Positions 41,001-56,000 of a stretch of 64,000 nt of DNA are shown piece by piece. The DNA lies in NCBI GenBank assembly GCA_963924565.1, contig OZ004610.1, forward strand, positions 28,148,001 to 28,212,000, written 5' to 3'. Each line of letters opens with the position of its first letter. Positions within the stretch are counted from its first letter, which is position 1. A program made the position numbers and the translations under genes. This DNA comes from Ascidiella aspersa. Its lineage: Eukaryota. A model generated the notes under the pieces. That model was given only the letters and a program-made list of their open reading frames with translations, was not told where the DNA came from and did not search any database.

Positions 41001-44000
41001 GCTCGAATCGCCTATACGTGTCTTATAGAATATCACCTTGAAAAGCGTCATAACTTGATTCCCCAGTCAAGTGATGGTCATCCGTGATTTGCTATCCAAA
41101 TATCAGCAGTATGTCAAACTCACCACCCTAAGTATATGAAGGACCCTCTAAAAGTTTAGAGTCTAAACTAAATTAACGAGCTCAAAATTAGGGAGAAATA
41201 TTTTTTTGGCTGTTTTTCCTCGTCGGTTGTTGCTTATTTTAGAAATAAGAACCCTACTTAGTTTATGTAAATAACTCAAGAAATGTGCGCGGTATGCCGG
41301 GTCAATTTAGGCCAACTTAACAGATTTTGGCCATTTCCTGTCTAGAGTTTACTTAAATTTACTTGAGTTTTCAAAAAAATATTCAAAACATTTCTTTCAT
41401 ATACGTTTTGGAAGGTTTACACGGTGGCTCATCAAAAACCTATTTTTTCTTTAATTCTTTTTTAATTTTTTCCTGCGTTTAAAACAAACCCCTTTCTGTC
41501 GAACGTAATCCAATCTCATTAAGTTCGCTTCCAAACGCTTTGATTTATAAGCAAAAACCGGCTTATCGCTAGTTTGTCAACCAACCACATGAACAAATGC
41601 CCGACGTGAGCGTATTAGCGAGACAAGGCGGCGAGCTAATGGCCCGGTGTGTAGAAGACACGTTATGTAAATAAGCAAGGCATAAACAATCGAGCTTCGT
41701 TTCCCCGACACGCCGACAGTTTAACGGCACTAAGCAAGAACGATTGACCCCCCCGGGTCCCCTAAACGGCTGCGCGGTCACCCAGGGTCCCCCTTTTAAC
41801 CCCAGACCCGCACAAAGCCATCAGTCACCCATGGGACCCTAAAGTTTGACGGGTTTCAAAGCCGGCGTGACCGTTTTGAGTTCTCTGCGTCAAGCATGGT
41901 AGGTTTAAGCTGACCCTCCTGTGATAATTACCAGGGACGAAACAATAACAACCCTCAGAGTTGAGTGCTTGTTTTTTTTTCGGTCTTGTTGTTCTCTCAG
42001 CTAATGGCTTTCCTCTGCAAACAAGACGCTTGATTACTTTGTTGTTCTTTGGATTTTGAAGAGGTCCTTGTTCGCATTAAAATTTGCAAAGTACCAAGGG
42101 AGTCTAATTTTGTTTGGGAACAATAGTTGCTTGTTGATTATGATCGATAGTTTTGTCATTTTTTTAAACTGTTTAACGAAAGCGGCGTACCTCGACCACT
42201 ATATGAGTTAGACGTGGGAGTTTTTCGGGGTTCCGCTGGTGTTTTTAATGTAAATAAATAGTGTTTTGTTGTTTTCGCCCGATTATCTGTATAAACCTGT
42301 GTAATTTGGCATCATATAAAAAACACAATCAAATTTTTAATTTTTTTGGTTTGAAATTAAACCTTGTCAGGCACAAAAACGAAAATGCATCAATGAAACA
42401 CTCTTTTTTATTAAATTGTAAGGAAATTATTGCCTTACTATATATTTATTGTTGTGATAGGATTCGAATAAAACATTCAATAAATTATTTTCAACATACT
42501 CTTATTATAAACATTGCACCACGAAATGCAAAATAACTTGAAAATATTAGAGTTATCTAATAATGTTTATCGAAGTCCATTATGTGTTAGTGTTATCTGT
42601 TGTACACCAGAATATGGGTAATAAACATTTTGTTTGCATTTTCAGCCGTGCTGTGATTGCTGTGCCCTTGGACTCAAGGCGTTTGGACTTTCTCTCAGCT
42701 GCAACATGCAAATTCTAGGTAAGCAAAAACCGCCTCTATTCCGCTTTGTTGATCGTTCTATAAATACGTTAAAACACGCGACAATCAAAAAGGTTTGCCT
42801 TGAGTTTACTGGGTTATAATGTCAACCGGCGGTCTGCATAAAGCAAAACTTTAAAAATAATGCTTTAAAACGGTACAATAGTCTACCGGAGAAAGCCAAT
42901 TGAACCTTATTAACCCCACAGGTCCCTGGACATTTGCGGTGTTGACGTTTCTTACAATTTTCCAGGGGTCACGCGAAGGTTACAATTTTCCGGGGTCAAC
43001 TTAAGTTTAAATCTAGGTCAATCGGTCATTTTTGTAACATAGCATTATCGCCAAACGGTTTTTAAGGGGCTGTTGACCTTTCTGGTGCGTTATACCGTAT
43101 CCATCTACTGCAAGTTTTGCAGTTGTAGTTTGCTGCACGCGATATAATGGATCGCAAAAGGGTTATGGAATAAAAGTACAGCTGGTCGTTTAAATGGACT
43201 GTTGACCTTTTTGATGTACAATATCGATTTAAAATCCAATATACTGCAGAGATGTGGCGCCAATGTCAATCGTATGACTTAAAAAATATTTTTTTATCGC
43301 TTTACATTTATGAACTCAGCACCACTAAAAGAAAATTTTTCTTAACGCGAAAAAAATATACTACTTTTAAAGCCAATTAAGATTTCTATGCGTTACGATC
43401 CTAACCTTTTTTGGCAGGCGAAGCTTGCAACAGAGCTTACTCGGAATGCTGTCGTAAAGGAATGCTGATAAACGGCGACGGACAAGGTAGGTGCTTTATA
43501 AACGCTGCGAATACTGTATCCAGAAAATCGTATAACTCGTAATATTCATCAAAGACCATATTGTTTCCACGCAGAGATTTTAGACTCGTAAAGCAAATCT
43601 GGATCTCTATAAATACATCTATTGTTATATGTAAACTTTTGGGTTTGTTCAGTTTTGTGTTAAGTTTTCGTTTTTATAGCCATTTCTTTCGTATGTTTTC
43701 TTTAAAAAAAGTGATTTTAACCTGTTTTGTCTTCAATCTGAATTGCCGCACAAATTAAAATCTGATTTAACTAACTAACATCAATACATGAATCGTGTTA
43801 AAACGCTGTACAATACAACCTCTATTCCTTTTATCCGCGCAAAACCACTCTATTTTCTTCAAAGTTTGTCCTTTGTTGCAGGGAGTCAAAGTATTCCTCT
43901 ACTGAGGCCATCCGCTTCATCACCGACTCTTGCAAGCACGACTCAAATCAACGGTAAGTGCACTCAGCTTATAGCTCCATATCACTTAGGAATTTAATGG

Positions 44001-47000
44001 ACCACGAGTTCTAAAATTGGCCAATACTAGTCAAATCAGAAAATTTTAGTGGCTGTAAATTGCATTTGAAAAACAAGATGCGTTTTCCTTAGTGCGCGCA
44101 AAGTGCACCGACTTTTATCGCACATCAAAACAATGCGCTTCAGGAAAAAATCATGGCTAAAAACTTTTACGGGAAACGTGAAAACCACTTTACCCAACTA
44201 AAATTGCATTTGGTTTGCTTGGCAGTACGAAAGCTCAAAGATATAGTGCCTTAAGTGCGTTGCGGGTGTTGTCAAGATTTTAACTGCGAAAATCGAAAAA
44301 TTAGGCACTTGCGTCACGGCTATCTTTGTAATTCGGCCCCGAATCTCGACGGCCATGACCGCGCTAGGAATTTTATCGCGCCTAGTTCGACGCCGGCCCG
44401 AAGCGCCGGAACCCAACGGGAATTCGGCAAAAACACGGTCGGCGTGCGTTTTCAGTCGTGTTTTCGGGTTTGAAAAAGCACCCCTGGCGCGCCATTCGCC
44501 ACCAACCAGGCCCCTATAAGCACAGCTGGCGAATTCGTTACAGTTCGAAGCCGCTGATTCATCATTCAAGCTTAAAGGCATGGCCGGAATTTGAAACACG
44601 CAAGTCGACAATGGCCGTTGTCAACGCAACAATGGGCTGTGATGCCATAATCACTTCTTTGTGCAGTCGAAAATTTTCGAACCTAAATTGGTGCGTTTAA
44701 CACCTATATATGGCAGTCGCCCAGACTAGTTCCGTTTACAAAGCCGTCCTTTGATTGGGGCCTCGGGTCATGTACCCGTGGGGCACATAAAGGACCACTG
44801 ATTGGGGTATCCAATTAAGCTGTCCAGCCCAGTTTACCACCGCCCTGTCGATCACAATGGTAAAACAACATCACGGCTATCTAATTACTGTGGCTGATTC
44901 TCCTTGTCCGAATACAAAGATAAAATTTCAAGGGTTTACTCGCCCAAAGCCCATTGTCCACTCGCCCAAAAATAACCTTGAGGTCATTTTCGGTTGACCG
45001 GGTTAGTCAGTGACCCGATAAGGTACCTCGTTCAGCCCAACACCGAAAGTGTTTTGTTTTTTCTTCACTTAAAAGTTCTCTTCAAAATGAACTATCACGC
45101 CTGACTGTTTATTTTAGCGTTCACTCTCCCACCCAATTTATCAAAAATATTTGGAAATAGCAAGATATCCGATATTTTGTGTTGAATTATGATCTTGATA
45201 CCTGATATGTTTGGGAAAAAGTACGGTCGTATGATTTGATCCATTGTTTTTACAACACCTTCATTGCCAAGGTTAATGATTTGAAAAATGTATAAAATTA
45301 ATTCACACAAGGTTAATACCAAATTTGGAAACTTGCCTTGAATTTAGGAATTTAGTAAGTGTCAATTGTATTTATAACAAATAACGCTCCATGTAGAAAT
45401 CACTCTGTTGCCGATATAATCGTGGATGAATTCCTATATTAAACTTCCATCTGTTCTATACCATTCTAGAATCTAATCAGCGCCGATACTGACACCTGGC
45501 ATCAGTTATTGGTTCCAATCCAAAATTTTCGTACATCTAAAAGACACACTTTGATTTATTTATACTTGCACTGTTGACATACGGTCAGTGATGCGCTGGC
45601 AGCAGCTGTTGAGTTCCAGCTATAAATGCCTCTTGGGTCAAGTCTTGCCCATCGCGCGATGCAGCGAACATATAGAAGGACGACAATGGTCGCATTGTGA
45701 CGTCGGGAAATTGCTACGTCAAATTTGGCGCAGTGCCAAGGCGCGTTATTTAATTGCGGAACGCTGCCAACTTCTCGCAATTAAAGATGCTAATTTTAAG
45801 AAATTAAATCAATCTGAAGCAAATTTAACCAATAAAAAACTCATCACAAAACTATAATAAATTAAAGGAATGGGTTTGAATGTAAATGCCAATTTACATA
45901 AAAGAGTTAAAAGGCTTATAATATGTAAAACGCCACCGCATTTTTAACAATAAAAAAAAAAAAAAAAAAATGAGTCATTATCGCGGCTACATGTAAACTG
46001 CCAAATACAAGCCAGATTGTTTTTCCGGGCTGATACAAAAGTAACCTCATCGCCGAATGCCCCGTTTGTTTTCTTTTGCCTCGCCGGGAAAAACATTTGC
46101 GACCCGACGACCTTATTACGTCACAATCGTGTTTCGCGCGCTGTCGCCGGGCGCGAGTACATCCTGAACGAGTCCGGACCGATGACATCACCGCTCGATT
46201 GTTTGCCGTCATAAAGGTCGCATTGTTACGCGGCAAAGAACAAAAGTGGCAGCTGACCCGAAGGCTGACCGAATTGCGCCAATGAAAAAATCCTGGATTA
46301 TTGTTGTTTTCTTGAAAAGCATTAGATCATTGATAAGAATGGGAAAAACATAGCGTCGATTATTCATGATTTCTCCTATTAGATCACTGGTAAAAATGGG
46401 ATGTTTTTCCGTTTTCATGGCTAAGTTTTAAAAATGATGTATGACATGCTTTTTAACTTTTTGGCATCCGAAAATATTGTCAACCGTCCAACTGCTTTCT
46501 ATCGTCAAGTAATATAGTAGACAATGATCTTATTATTTGGCATCCATGCCTTCCATACAACGTTGTGCGGACAAGCAATGTTGTAAACAAATCCTTTTAG
46601 AAAATCCCAGTCAATTCATTTACGGCAAAGTCAAGTCATCGTCCATTGTCGTAGTCCAAGTCAAGTTATATTCATCAAAACATAAAGTTAAATTATATAG
46701 CAGCGGTAAACTCGACCAATCATAGGCGATTTTTTGATTAGCAAACAAAAAACAACCAACAACCTATTACAAGCAATATGTTTTCTGAAGTTATTCAAAA
46801 ACAGTGACTTAAATGTACCTATAAGTCAAACCACTTAATTAAGTCAGTTCAACAGTGCGGAAAACTATGTGCGAATTGCGTGAACGCCGTTTGCAGTTTG
46901 GCAAAAGCAAAAAAAACAAATTCGTTTTGTTCAAAAATTACTGACGTCGTTTGCGATTCTTCTGTTTGCCAATTCGGAAGTAACCCCACTGCGGGGCTAA

Positions 47001-50000
47001 GCCAACCCCAACCACCTTTAAACCCCTCGTCAATTTATCTCTTGGGGTTAAGACGGAAGCTTAGTAGCGGAAACTATAGGGCGCCGGTAGAAATTACAAC
47101 GAAAAATATGCGCTGAAATATGTAATAGATTTTTTCTTTTTTTCTTTTGCGTTTTTTAATACGGACTTGGCTTCAATTTAACGATAGCACGGTGGTTAAG
47201 CAATTTTTATGACTAACACAGCAAGATCAATTTTCCGTTTATTTTTTGCAAATTTAATTTTCGCAAATTCTCGTGAAAAGGGACTGTTTTTAAAGACAAC
47301 TGCTTAAACCTCAAGCAATTTGCCGTTAAAGGATGTCGCCTGATTCCAAATTTAGAATTAGGCAACATACGGCAACCAACAAAGACTACTTGAAGTGGAC
47401 CATGTTTGTTTAAAGGCTATAGAGAAACTTAACCATTGCGACCTGACCCTCAGTGAAGCGTCCGCGCAAACTGACCACTAACACAATATCGCCACGCCCT
47501 TTACGAGTAAGTGGGAGTCACGCATTTTCTCAACTCGTCACGAGGATTAGGCAGGGGATTGCGCGCGGTGTAAATATTTATCTGCATCCCCTGGCCGTAT
47601 TCGCCGGTGGCCCTAACCGCTTCAAACGATTCGCCCTGCATCGCGCAAACACTTCTGTGCCTTAACTCGCTTTCAAGAGACCGACTATGCCTGTTTACAT
47701 GACCGCATCTGAAGCGTTATGCGACTTGCTTTCCTCATCTGCGTTGTTATACCGCCTCGTCAGCGAAAATGACACTTTGAAGTTAGCCGTGTAAATTAAC
47801 CTCGCTACGAATGGCACCGGAACCCTGAAACTGGGAAGCGACCCTGATCAACCGAGGCCCATAATCGTATTATAAACTGAGATTTTTCGCTGTTTTTTTG
47901 CCTCGAAAATAGGCGAGAGACGCTTTAAAGATGTACGGACTTTATTTGGAGGTTGTATATTGTCGTTATTATTAACAGAAACCTAATGTATCTCAGAGTT
48001 GGCCAGGAACGCTAACAATAGCATCTGGACGGTAATTAAGCGGCCGTGATTAACCGTGCCCAAAATTTGGATTTTACTTTTGAATTGACTCACCAAAAAA
48101 TCAGGAGCGGTAAATTTGGCGCGTGTAAATCGTGGTCGTCTAAGCTGAGATTTGGCCGTCGAAATAAACCTAAATTTACTGGGGGTCGTGCATGGTCATG
48201 GTCTTAGCTATGGATTTGCAGTGCGAGTTGGCGAAACAAATTGTCAAGCAGCGCTGAAACTGCGTTTTAGCTGTGTAAGTTAATGGACCAAGAAAGCTAA
48301 AAACGAACTGGATTTCTACTACCCGTGCCATACCAATGGCCTAAACCGGACTTTTGCGATCCACTTGTGAAGGATTTAAAACGGAAGTTGGCCTCGTGTT
48401 ATCTGAGCTTTCACAATATTTATAAGATGGCGGACTATATGGTCGGCCCAGTCTCACGGGCACCGACGTAATCACCCCTCCTTATGTATGCGTTGACCGC
48501 TTCTCAGTTTCAGATTTCAGTGTTGGGTTCGTTAAAGACACTTTAGGTCACTTGATTTCTAGGACTTTAGTGATTAAAACGTTTAATATGCATAAAATCG
48601 CCAGTTAGTCTGGCGTGCATAATAATTTAGTCGCACCTATTTAGGAGTAAATCTTCTTTCGGATAGCTCAATATAGGGAATAAGCACGGCAGTGATGCCT
48701 TTGTACATTCGTGGCTCCTTAGGATCTTAGTGTGAACTTGGATTTGAATAAACTGTGGTGGTACGACAAAAATTACGAAAAAACGTGCTAAAATTTTTCT
48801 TAATATTTTTCATAAAAGCCTTCACGCTTTATCTTAAACAGTTAAACAGAAAAATACCTAAATGTTACAACCCGTTTGTATCATTGTCTGTGCCTCAGAA
48901 GTAAATTGTCGGCCGAAAAACATCAGAGCACTTATTTTGCTACATTTTTCGAATCGTTATCGATCAATTTCAGTTACTCCGCTTTGCGATGCCAACTTAC
49001 TCGAACCTTTCGCTCTCCGCGCCAAACCCCAAATACCCAGGGGTCTCGATTTTTCGCCCCCTAAAACAACGGTAGTCAGCCCCCGCCCTGCCAACCAGCT
49101 GGAAAGCACGATAACTGGATTTCGCTCGATCACGAAAAAACAACTTTTCTCGCGCTGCAAAAAGCACAACGACTTAACCTGCCAAGTCAATTGCAAGGCA
49201 AGTGACGAATGGCAGCGAAAACCGACCCAAAATGATTCCTGGGGCCTAAATCCATGGATTAGGGGGAAGATAGACAACACATACCTGAAGGCCACTCGCT
49301 GAAGTAGTTAGCCCCACCGCACGTCGCACTTGATCCCCTTGGGGTTTTGGGGGCTTTGGCTGGGGCTCATCGGTAAAATTACACCCGGGGTTGTTTGTGT
49401 GCGTCGGCTCGCGGGTCGCTGCAAACGTGGGGGCACTTTGATACCCCACCTAACCCTCCTAAGGGGGCCACAAGTAGGCAAACATTGGCTTTGGGGTCGC
49501 AATCTCTCCTAGACGTGGAAGTGCGTGGGGCCGGCGTCGCGTTACGTTTGTGACCCCACAAAGCCCCAGGGGGGTAACGAGCTGTCGTACCCGCGTCTGC
49601 AAGGGAAACCCCACCGTGGAATGTCAACCCTCGCTGCTGTCTTTGTAATCTAAACTAAGCAATTATTGCGCCCTATTTGGAAAGGGCACCTTGTAGCCGA
49701 TTTTTTCCCTTAATAAAGGAAGACTGTTTGTTTCGCCATCCAATGCACACACAAATTAACTTGAATGTGTTTTGACCTAACACACAATGTTTGCGCCACC
49801 GTTATTGACTTCAAGAGTAAAACGCACACAGCTGTGTCTAATCTTACATTAACTGGATACATCTAATTTGAGGAACTTCCAATGCCTGTTTTGACCGTTT
49901 CACTAAATATGTGATAATGGAAATCACATTCACCGCTGTAAGATAAATGTCGACCGTAATTCCTGATCAGTAACAGCAAAATAATCTAGGAAAATTGTGT

Positions 50001-53000
50001 CTGACCTGTATTGCTAGCTTTGCTAGAGTATTCTGCTGTTTTGACCGAACACAAAATCGCATACTTTTGAGCACGACTTACAAACTTAAAAACTATATCG
50101 CTGTATTAAAAAAAACAGCTCCTCTGGTAATTGATATTATTTACGTTTCAATAATTACAATTACCAGAGGAGCTGTTTTTGGTATATTACTATGCCTGGT
50201 AGCAACTATATCGGTGTACTCGATACATATGGGTGAGGAGCTTTACTAGGGTGTTATTGCTTATTGCTGTCAACCGCACAATGTCTCTTGGCATTGTTAT
50301 TGACAGCCTAAGGAGACAGTGCGTGGGGCGTTCAACAGTAAACATTCAGTTCCAGTATTCTTCAGACTATATTTAAGTTATGAAACTAGCTCAAGGGACG
50401 TTCCTTCGGCACTTAGGCAACTCTAATATCCGCTTTTAGTTTTGGTTTAATTTTTGTTGCACAGCGCAAAAAAATACTAATTATTATTTTACGTTGCGCA
50501 AAATAACTACGGTACATCAAAAGTAGCGAACGAGCAAAGTTACTAAATAACTTTTCGGACTTAAAACAGGCGCTTTGAGTAATCTGTATTTTCGTTGAGT
50601 GGTGGTCTTTTCTTGTTACGGAAACCAACTAGCCAATCTATGTAAATACATTTTTGTTTTGTTTTAACTACAACTTAAAACCAAAGGTAAAAATTCGGTC
50701 ACCCAGCTAATAGAGCTTTGTTTATCTACGTAAGTAACAACAAAAAATATTAATCCTATTATTTTAAGTGTTAACATTCGGATCTAAGCCTTGTTTTTTC
50801 TTCGTGTTTGCGATTTTCATTAGAAGTGTGCGGTTTTGGGCGTAACTGCAATATTTCTGTCTTTTCAAAAAGTTGTTTAAGATCTTGTTCGACCTTCGTG
50901 TTTCTTTTTAGATCTAACTAATAGTTAGTTTTTTCTCCTGTCTTCTCCAGGTGTGGACAACAGCGTTCAGTGTCCCAGCGAGATACGATGCGACCACCAC
51001 TGCGTTAACACTCCAACAGGTGTGACATGCGCCTGTAGGACTGGATATCACTTGGAGGACGACCGTAGCACTTGCGCTGGTGAGTGGAACATCTTCTAAC
51101 CAATTTTGTCGTCGATAAATAAACTTTGTGCATCATGGATTTTCAGCCTGGTTAAAGGCTTTCGCTTAGGACAGTGTTTCTTAACCTTGGGTCGCCGTTT
51201 GATGTGATCGGATTCCGACTGAAGTAGGTCTTTACAGTTAAGTTTATTGGGATTGGTTCTCAGCAAGAATTTTCCCAAATTTACGAAATGGCTGAAAGCA
51301 ATACGAAGTCATGGCCCATAGTAAACAATATTAACTTTACTATTGTCCACGACTTTTTTTCTTTAGAAATTTCAGTAAATATATACTTACGCTCGGACGC
51401 TCGGTATTTAGGTCGCCCCGAAAAAAGTTTGGAAACACTGGCTTAGGAGCTATCCTTACCGGAATACTAGAGCAATTTTGTGCTTCATGTGTAAAATTTA
51501 AAAATTTCAGCCCACCACCTAACGCAGTGATTCCAAACCTTTTATGGCTTGTAGCACTCCTATAGGAAGTACTAACTAGATTACGTCAACCCTACTGGAA
51601 TTCGTTAAGTAATTCACTATAATTCCACACTAAACCAAACTGGAACTACAAACATCATTTTCACAATGTAGGGCAATGCAATTTGATTTCTTGTAATCCA
51701 ATCGTACCCAAAGAGTTGTAAGAGGCGTACCAATAAGGGAAAAAGAGAGTCTTAAAAAACAATTGATGATCAGGGACAATTGAGCATATTTGCAATGGTT
51801 GATGGACCTTAAAAGGTCGAAAACCACTTAACTTAAAGATCAGTGCGTTTCGCACTGTTTTCTGGATACGGCTCCCCACTAATAAGCTCAGCTTCAACCG
51901 TGGCAAGGCATTTTCTTATGGATTTTCCAATAAAGTTGTGTGAAACACACTACTAAACGTTAACAGCTAAGTCAAATCGTTTAAATTTTGAAACGGTTAA
52001 CATGTAAAGACTGACATTGGTGTGATCGATATTGATCAAAGTAGTTTTACTCAGGTCCATTTTTCAATTAAAATAAAGTATTGAAAGTTGTAAAATTCTG
52101 TGTAGTAGTTGGTAGCCCAAATCGTTCGATCATTCACGGCCTAAGACTGTAAACAAACGTTACGCAACAGTTGCGCATACCCCAAGTCGAAAAACTAATC
52201 TTGGCGCCAGCTACTATCTTGGCGATAAGCCACATGAGGATGCTTTGCGCCCCTCTTGGGTTCAAAGTTCTGCGACGGCGTCTGCGGTGTGAGGCTCCTA
52301 GTTTGTATTTCGTCGGGAAATTGCGTTTTTCGCTGATGTCGAAAGATCACGAGACGTTGTAAAAAACCCAGCGATTATTGTGTGTCTTCGTTAATTATTT
52401 TGACTAACGCAATCTTGACAATATTTCGACTTTTTTGGGTTTTCTTTTTTTGGGGGGAGGGGGTATCATATTAAGGGGGGGGGGGGTATCATATTAACTA
52501 TGAAGGCTAACGGACGGTGTGACTTTTGCGGGGATTGTACATGAACCGTGCAGACGAATAGATTATCGCTTGTGGTAAATTGTCAGCGAATGAACCCACT
52601 TAACCTTTCGTTATCCTTCAAAGAGCGATAGTGATATAGGTTCATGAGTACACACGCCCTTCGGACGCCTGGCCGTATCAAGGCCAATGTGGATCGGATC
52701 CGGCAACACAAAACCGCCGGTAAACATCGCCGCTTCCCAACTTAATTAAAGGAGATAGAAGGTCGCTGACAATCAGCACGTCCGCTTTCGTAAACCATTG
52801 GGAGGGGGGTAATATGACCTGTTTAATTTGTTTCTCCAAAATTTTAACCTTGGTGGTTTAGCGTTTTTGGCGTTAAGCGTAAATGAAGTTTAAAGTTGCG
52901 AAATATTTTATGCAGTAAGAATTTGACTTGGATCATTGTTTTGTGTTTCGTACGCAGCCCTGTTTTCGATTGTCCAATGCTTGTTTTTTTTTTATCTCAA

Positions 53001-56000
53001 AACCGTGAAAGGGTTAGAATTATGCAACCTTAAGCAGTCATCTAAATTTTTCACCAATCAGATGTAATCTACTTGTAAAACTGAAGCGTTATTTTGACCA
53101 TTTTTTTTGAAGCAAAATTTTGCAAGAAAAACAAGGCGTTGCCAGTTTTGAAGCACTCATCAGGTGATCCAAGCTTTTCGCCAGAAACAAGTTAACCTTT
53201 ATTGGCAACAAAGTCGACCATGCTTTTTAGATACTTGTTAGATAAGCTAAAAATTGCCAACAAACCTCTCAGATAAAATTAAAACTTCAGATAAGGCCAA
53301 AAATTGTCTACAGAAGTCAAAAACTTATCTAAAATTACTAAAACTTTTCGGATAAAGCTGATCAAGTAAGAATTTTTGTAAAAGGCCAAAACCTACATCT
53401 GCGAAGTCGTAGCGGCTTCGACGATTGCAGATTTGACCGCAATTTTTCGCCACAGACACGAACGAATGCGTGCTGGGAACCCACACTTGCAAGGAGGGAC
53501 AGTTCTGCTTCAACACAGTAGGCGGCTTCAAGTGCCAGCGGCGCATCAGCTGCGGAACTGGGTACGAACTCACCGACAAGAACACTTGCAACGGTAAGGA
53601 GCCTTGCATTTGAAATAATATTAAAAATATAATCCTCGAAAAGCATATATACGATTTACGGTGCTCAGTGAAGTCGGGCAACTGTAAAATGTATTCAGTT
53701 TCAATCGTTTTGTTTTTATTTACAATATGTTAATCGGTACAAGCTAAACATCAAAACCAACAAACCACGCCATTTTTATTAGAAATAAATCGATAAGAGG
53801 CGTCATACCTTTGTAGAGTAAAACTAGTCAGTTGTATAAGTTTTCTGGAGAAATTCAACTAGTTAGGTCGGATTACACGAAAAAAATAACAATAGAAAAT
53901 CGCGAAATGTTAAAGAGAATCTGAAGTTCAATCTCTTAAACTCTTCTATTAATGTATTTAAACTCTTCTATTAATGTATTCAAGAAAGCGCATATCGACT
54001 TCAAACTAGATTTGTTTTTGTTTGCCATTTTAGGTTTGCAAACAAAATAGGGATGTCCGATAATAATATCGGAGCGGAGCCGATACCCGATACTAAGTGA
54101 TAGTACCGGTACTCGTCCGATAATAGGGTGGTATTGAACAATAGGGTGGTATATGTTTAAACTCGGGACTTGTTTATTTCGACAGATATTGACGAGTGCG
54201 ACTTGAATCTGCACGATTGCTCGCCCAACCTGGATTGCATGAACATACGCGGATCTTTTCGCTGCGTGCCCAAGACCTGCGACACCGGCTACATAACAGA
54301 CGCAACGGGGGGGTGCAACGGTAGGAAATTAAAATCGTCGTAAAACATTCAACCCTACGAAACGCATAGCGTTTTTGAGTTTCCGAACTGTACCTTTTGC
54401 TGTCAAACTTTCGACAAAATTCGCCGTATAGTATAACCAACTCGAAAACAGTTAAAGCATTGGGCGCAAGGGGCGGAGCTGTTGTGGCAATCGTATTTTT
54501 TAAAAAGTTATTGAAATAGACTCAAAAAATTAAACTCAATAATTTGTTTAAAAATGGTCTCCTTTATGTCCACAAACTGACAAAAAAACAAAAAAAAGAC
54601 AAATCGAACAACGTTTTTTTAACTAACAAAAAACTATTTTACTTACGGTCTGTGCAAAATAAAGTTTATATTCTCGAACTGAGCTTATTGATTTCAACAA
54701 AAAACTGACCGATGCTGAATTTTGCTTTCGTGAGCGCTTAAAAAAAAACGCCTGTAAAAAAGAAAAAAAGATTTATACCAGTCCGTAATGGAAGATCAAC
54801 ATCCCTCTTCTTCTTCTTCCTCCTGTAGACATCGACGAGTGCCGTGGCGGCGACTACTTTTGTCCTCCTCACTCGCGCTGCGTCAACACTCCCGGATCTT
54901 ACTCGTGCTCCTGCCAGGAGGGACTCATCTTTAACGATCAACATCAGCGATGCGACGGTGGGTGAAGATTTAGGGATGCGAATGTCTTGAAAGGAGACCA
55001 ACCCCGTTTTATTACGTTTCTTTTGTCGGGAAATCGGGAGGCGACCGGTTTGAAATTTCCAACATTTTTTTGTACAAGCGATTGTTCTATTATCAACATT
55101 TTTTTAACAGACAAGTCAGCTTCACTAAATTTGTAGCGGAAATTTTCCAACTTTCAAGTGAATGATTTATTTGTGTAATTTTCACTTTAACCTAAACATA
55201 TATTTGGCATTAACTGTACCAACAAATAGGTTATTTTGTTCCGTTTTTAAGAAATACTTGGGCTTACAATAGCGTCTAACTAAAAACATGCAGGCAGCAT
55301 AATTTAAATAAAAAAGAGCAAATGAACCATACTTGTTTATTTTGCATGTAAGGATTTTGTATTTTCTATGTGTATGCACTCTATGCAGTTTTTAAACAAA
55401 AATGTCTTCGCGTAACTGCACTATTCCGTATTGAAGTTTCTTTTTTAACAATATATGATTCGTTTGGCCTATTTCGTGCCTAATCCTGAGATGATGTGGT
55501 TAACAGACAGCGTTTTCTATAGCACATACTCAATATGCCGTGAACTTTTGTGTGTAATTTAATGTACCGGTAACGCCATTAGAAAATACACACTTCCGAA
55601 GTACTAAACTCAGTTGTTAATAAACACATTCGTGTGTGTGTCTTTCATGAAAATAAAACGAGTTTAAAATCGTTGCGACCTACATTCAGATATTGACGAG
55701 TGCGACCTGGGCATCTCGAACTGCCAGGAGGGATCGACTTGCATAAACAGCGTGGGAAGCTACACTTGTCGCGACCCCCCTAAGCTCACTTGTCCACCGG
55801 GATACACATCAAACGGTGACCACTGCGCAGGTAAGGATCGCAGCTTACTGACGGTGTTTTTCAATATTGATTTTTGTTTGGGATTTCAGTTCGGTAGCTT
55901 TGCGGCCCGTTGGTCTACTTGCGGTACGTGTAAAAAATTGATTCACTTTTCACAGGTGCACAACGCAAGCCATAAATATTGTGCGGAATATTTTTTAAAC

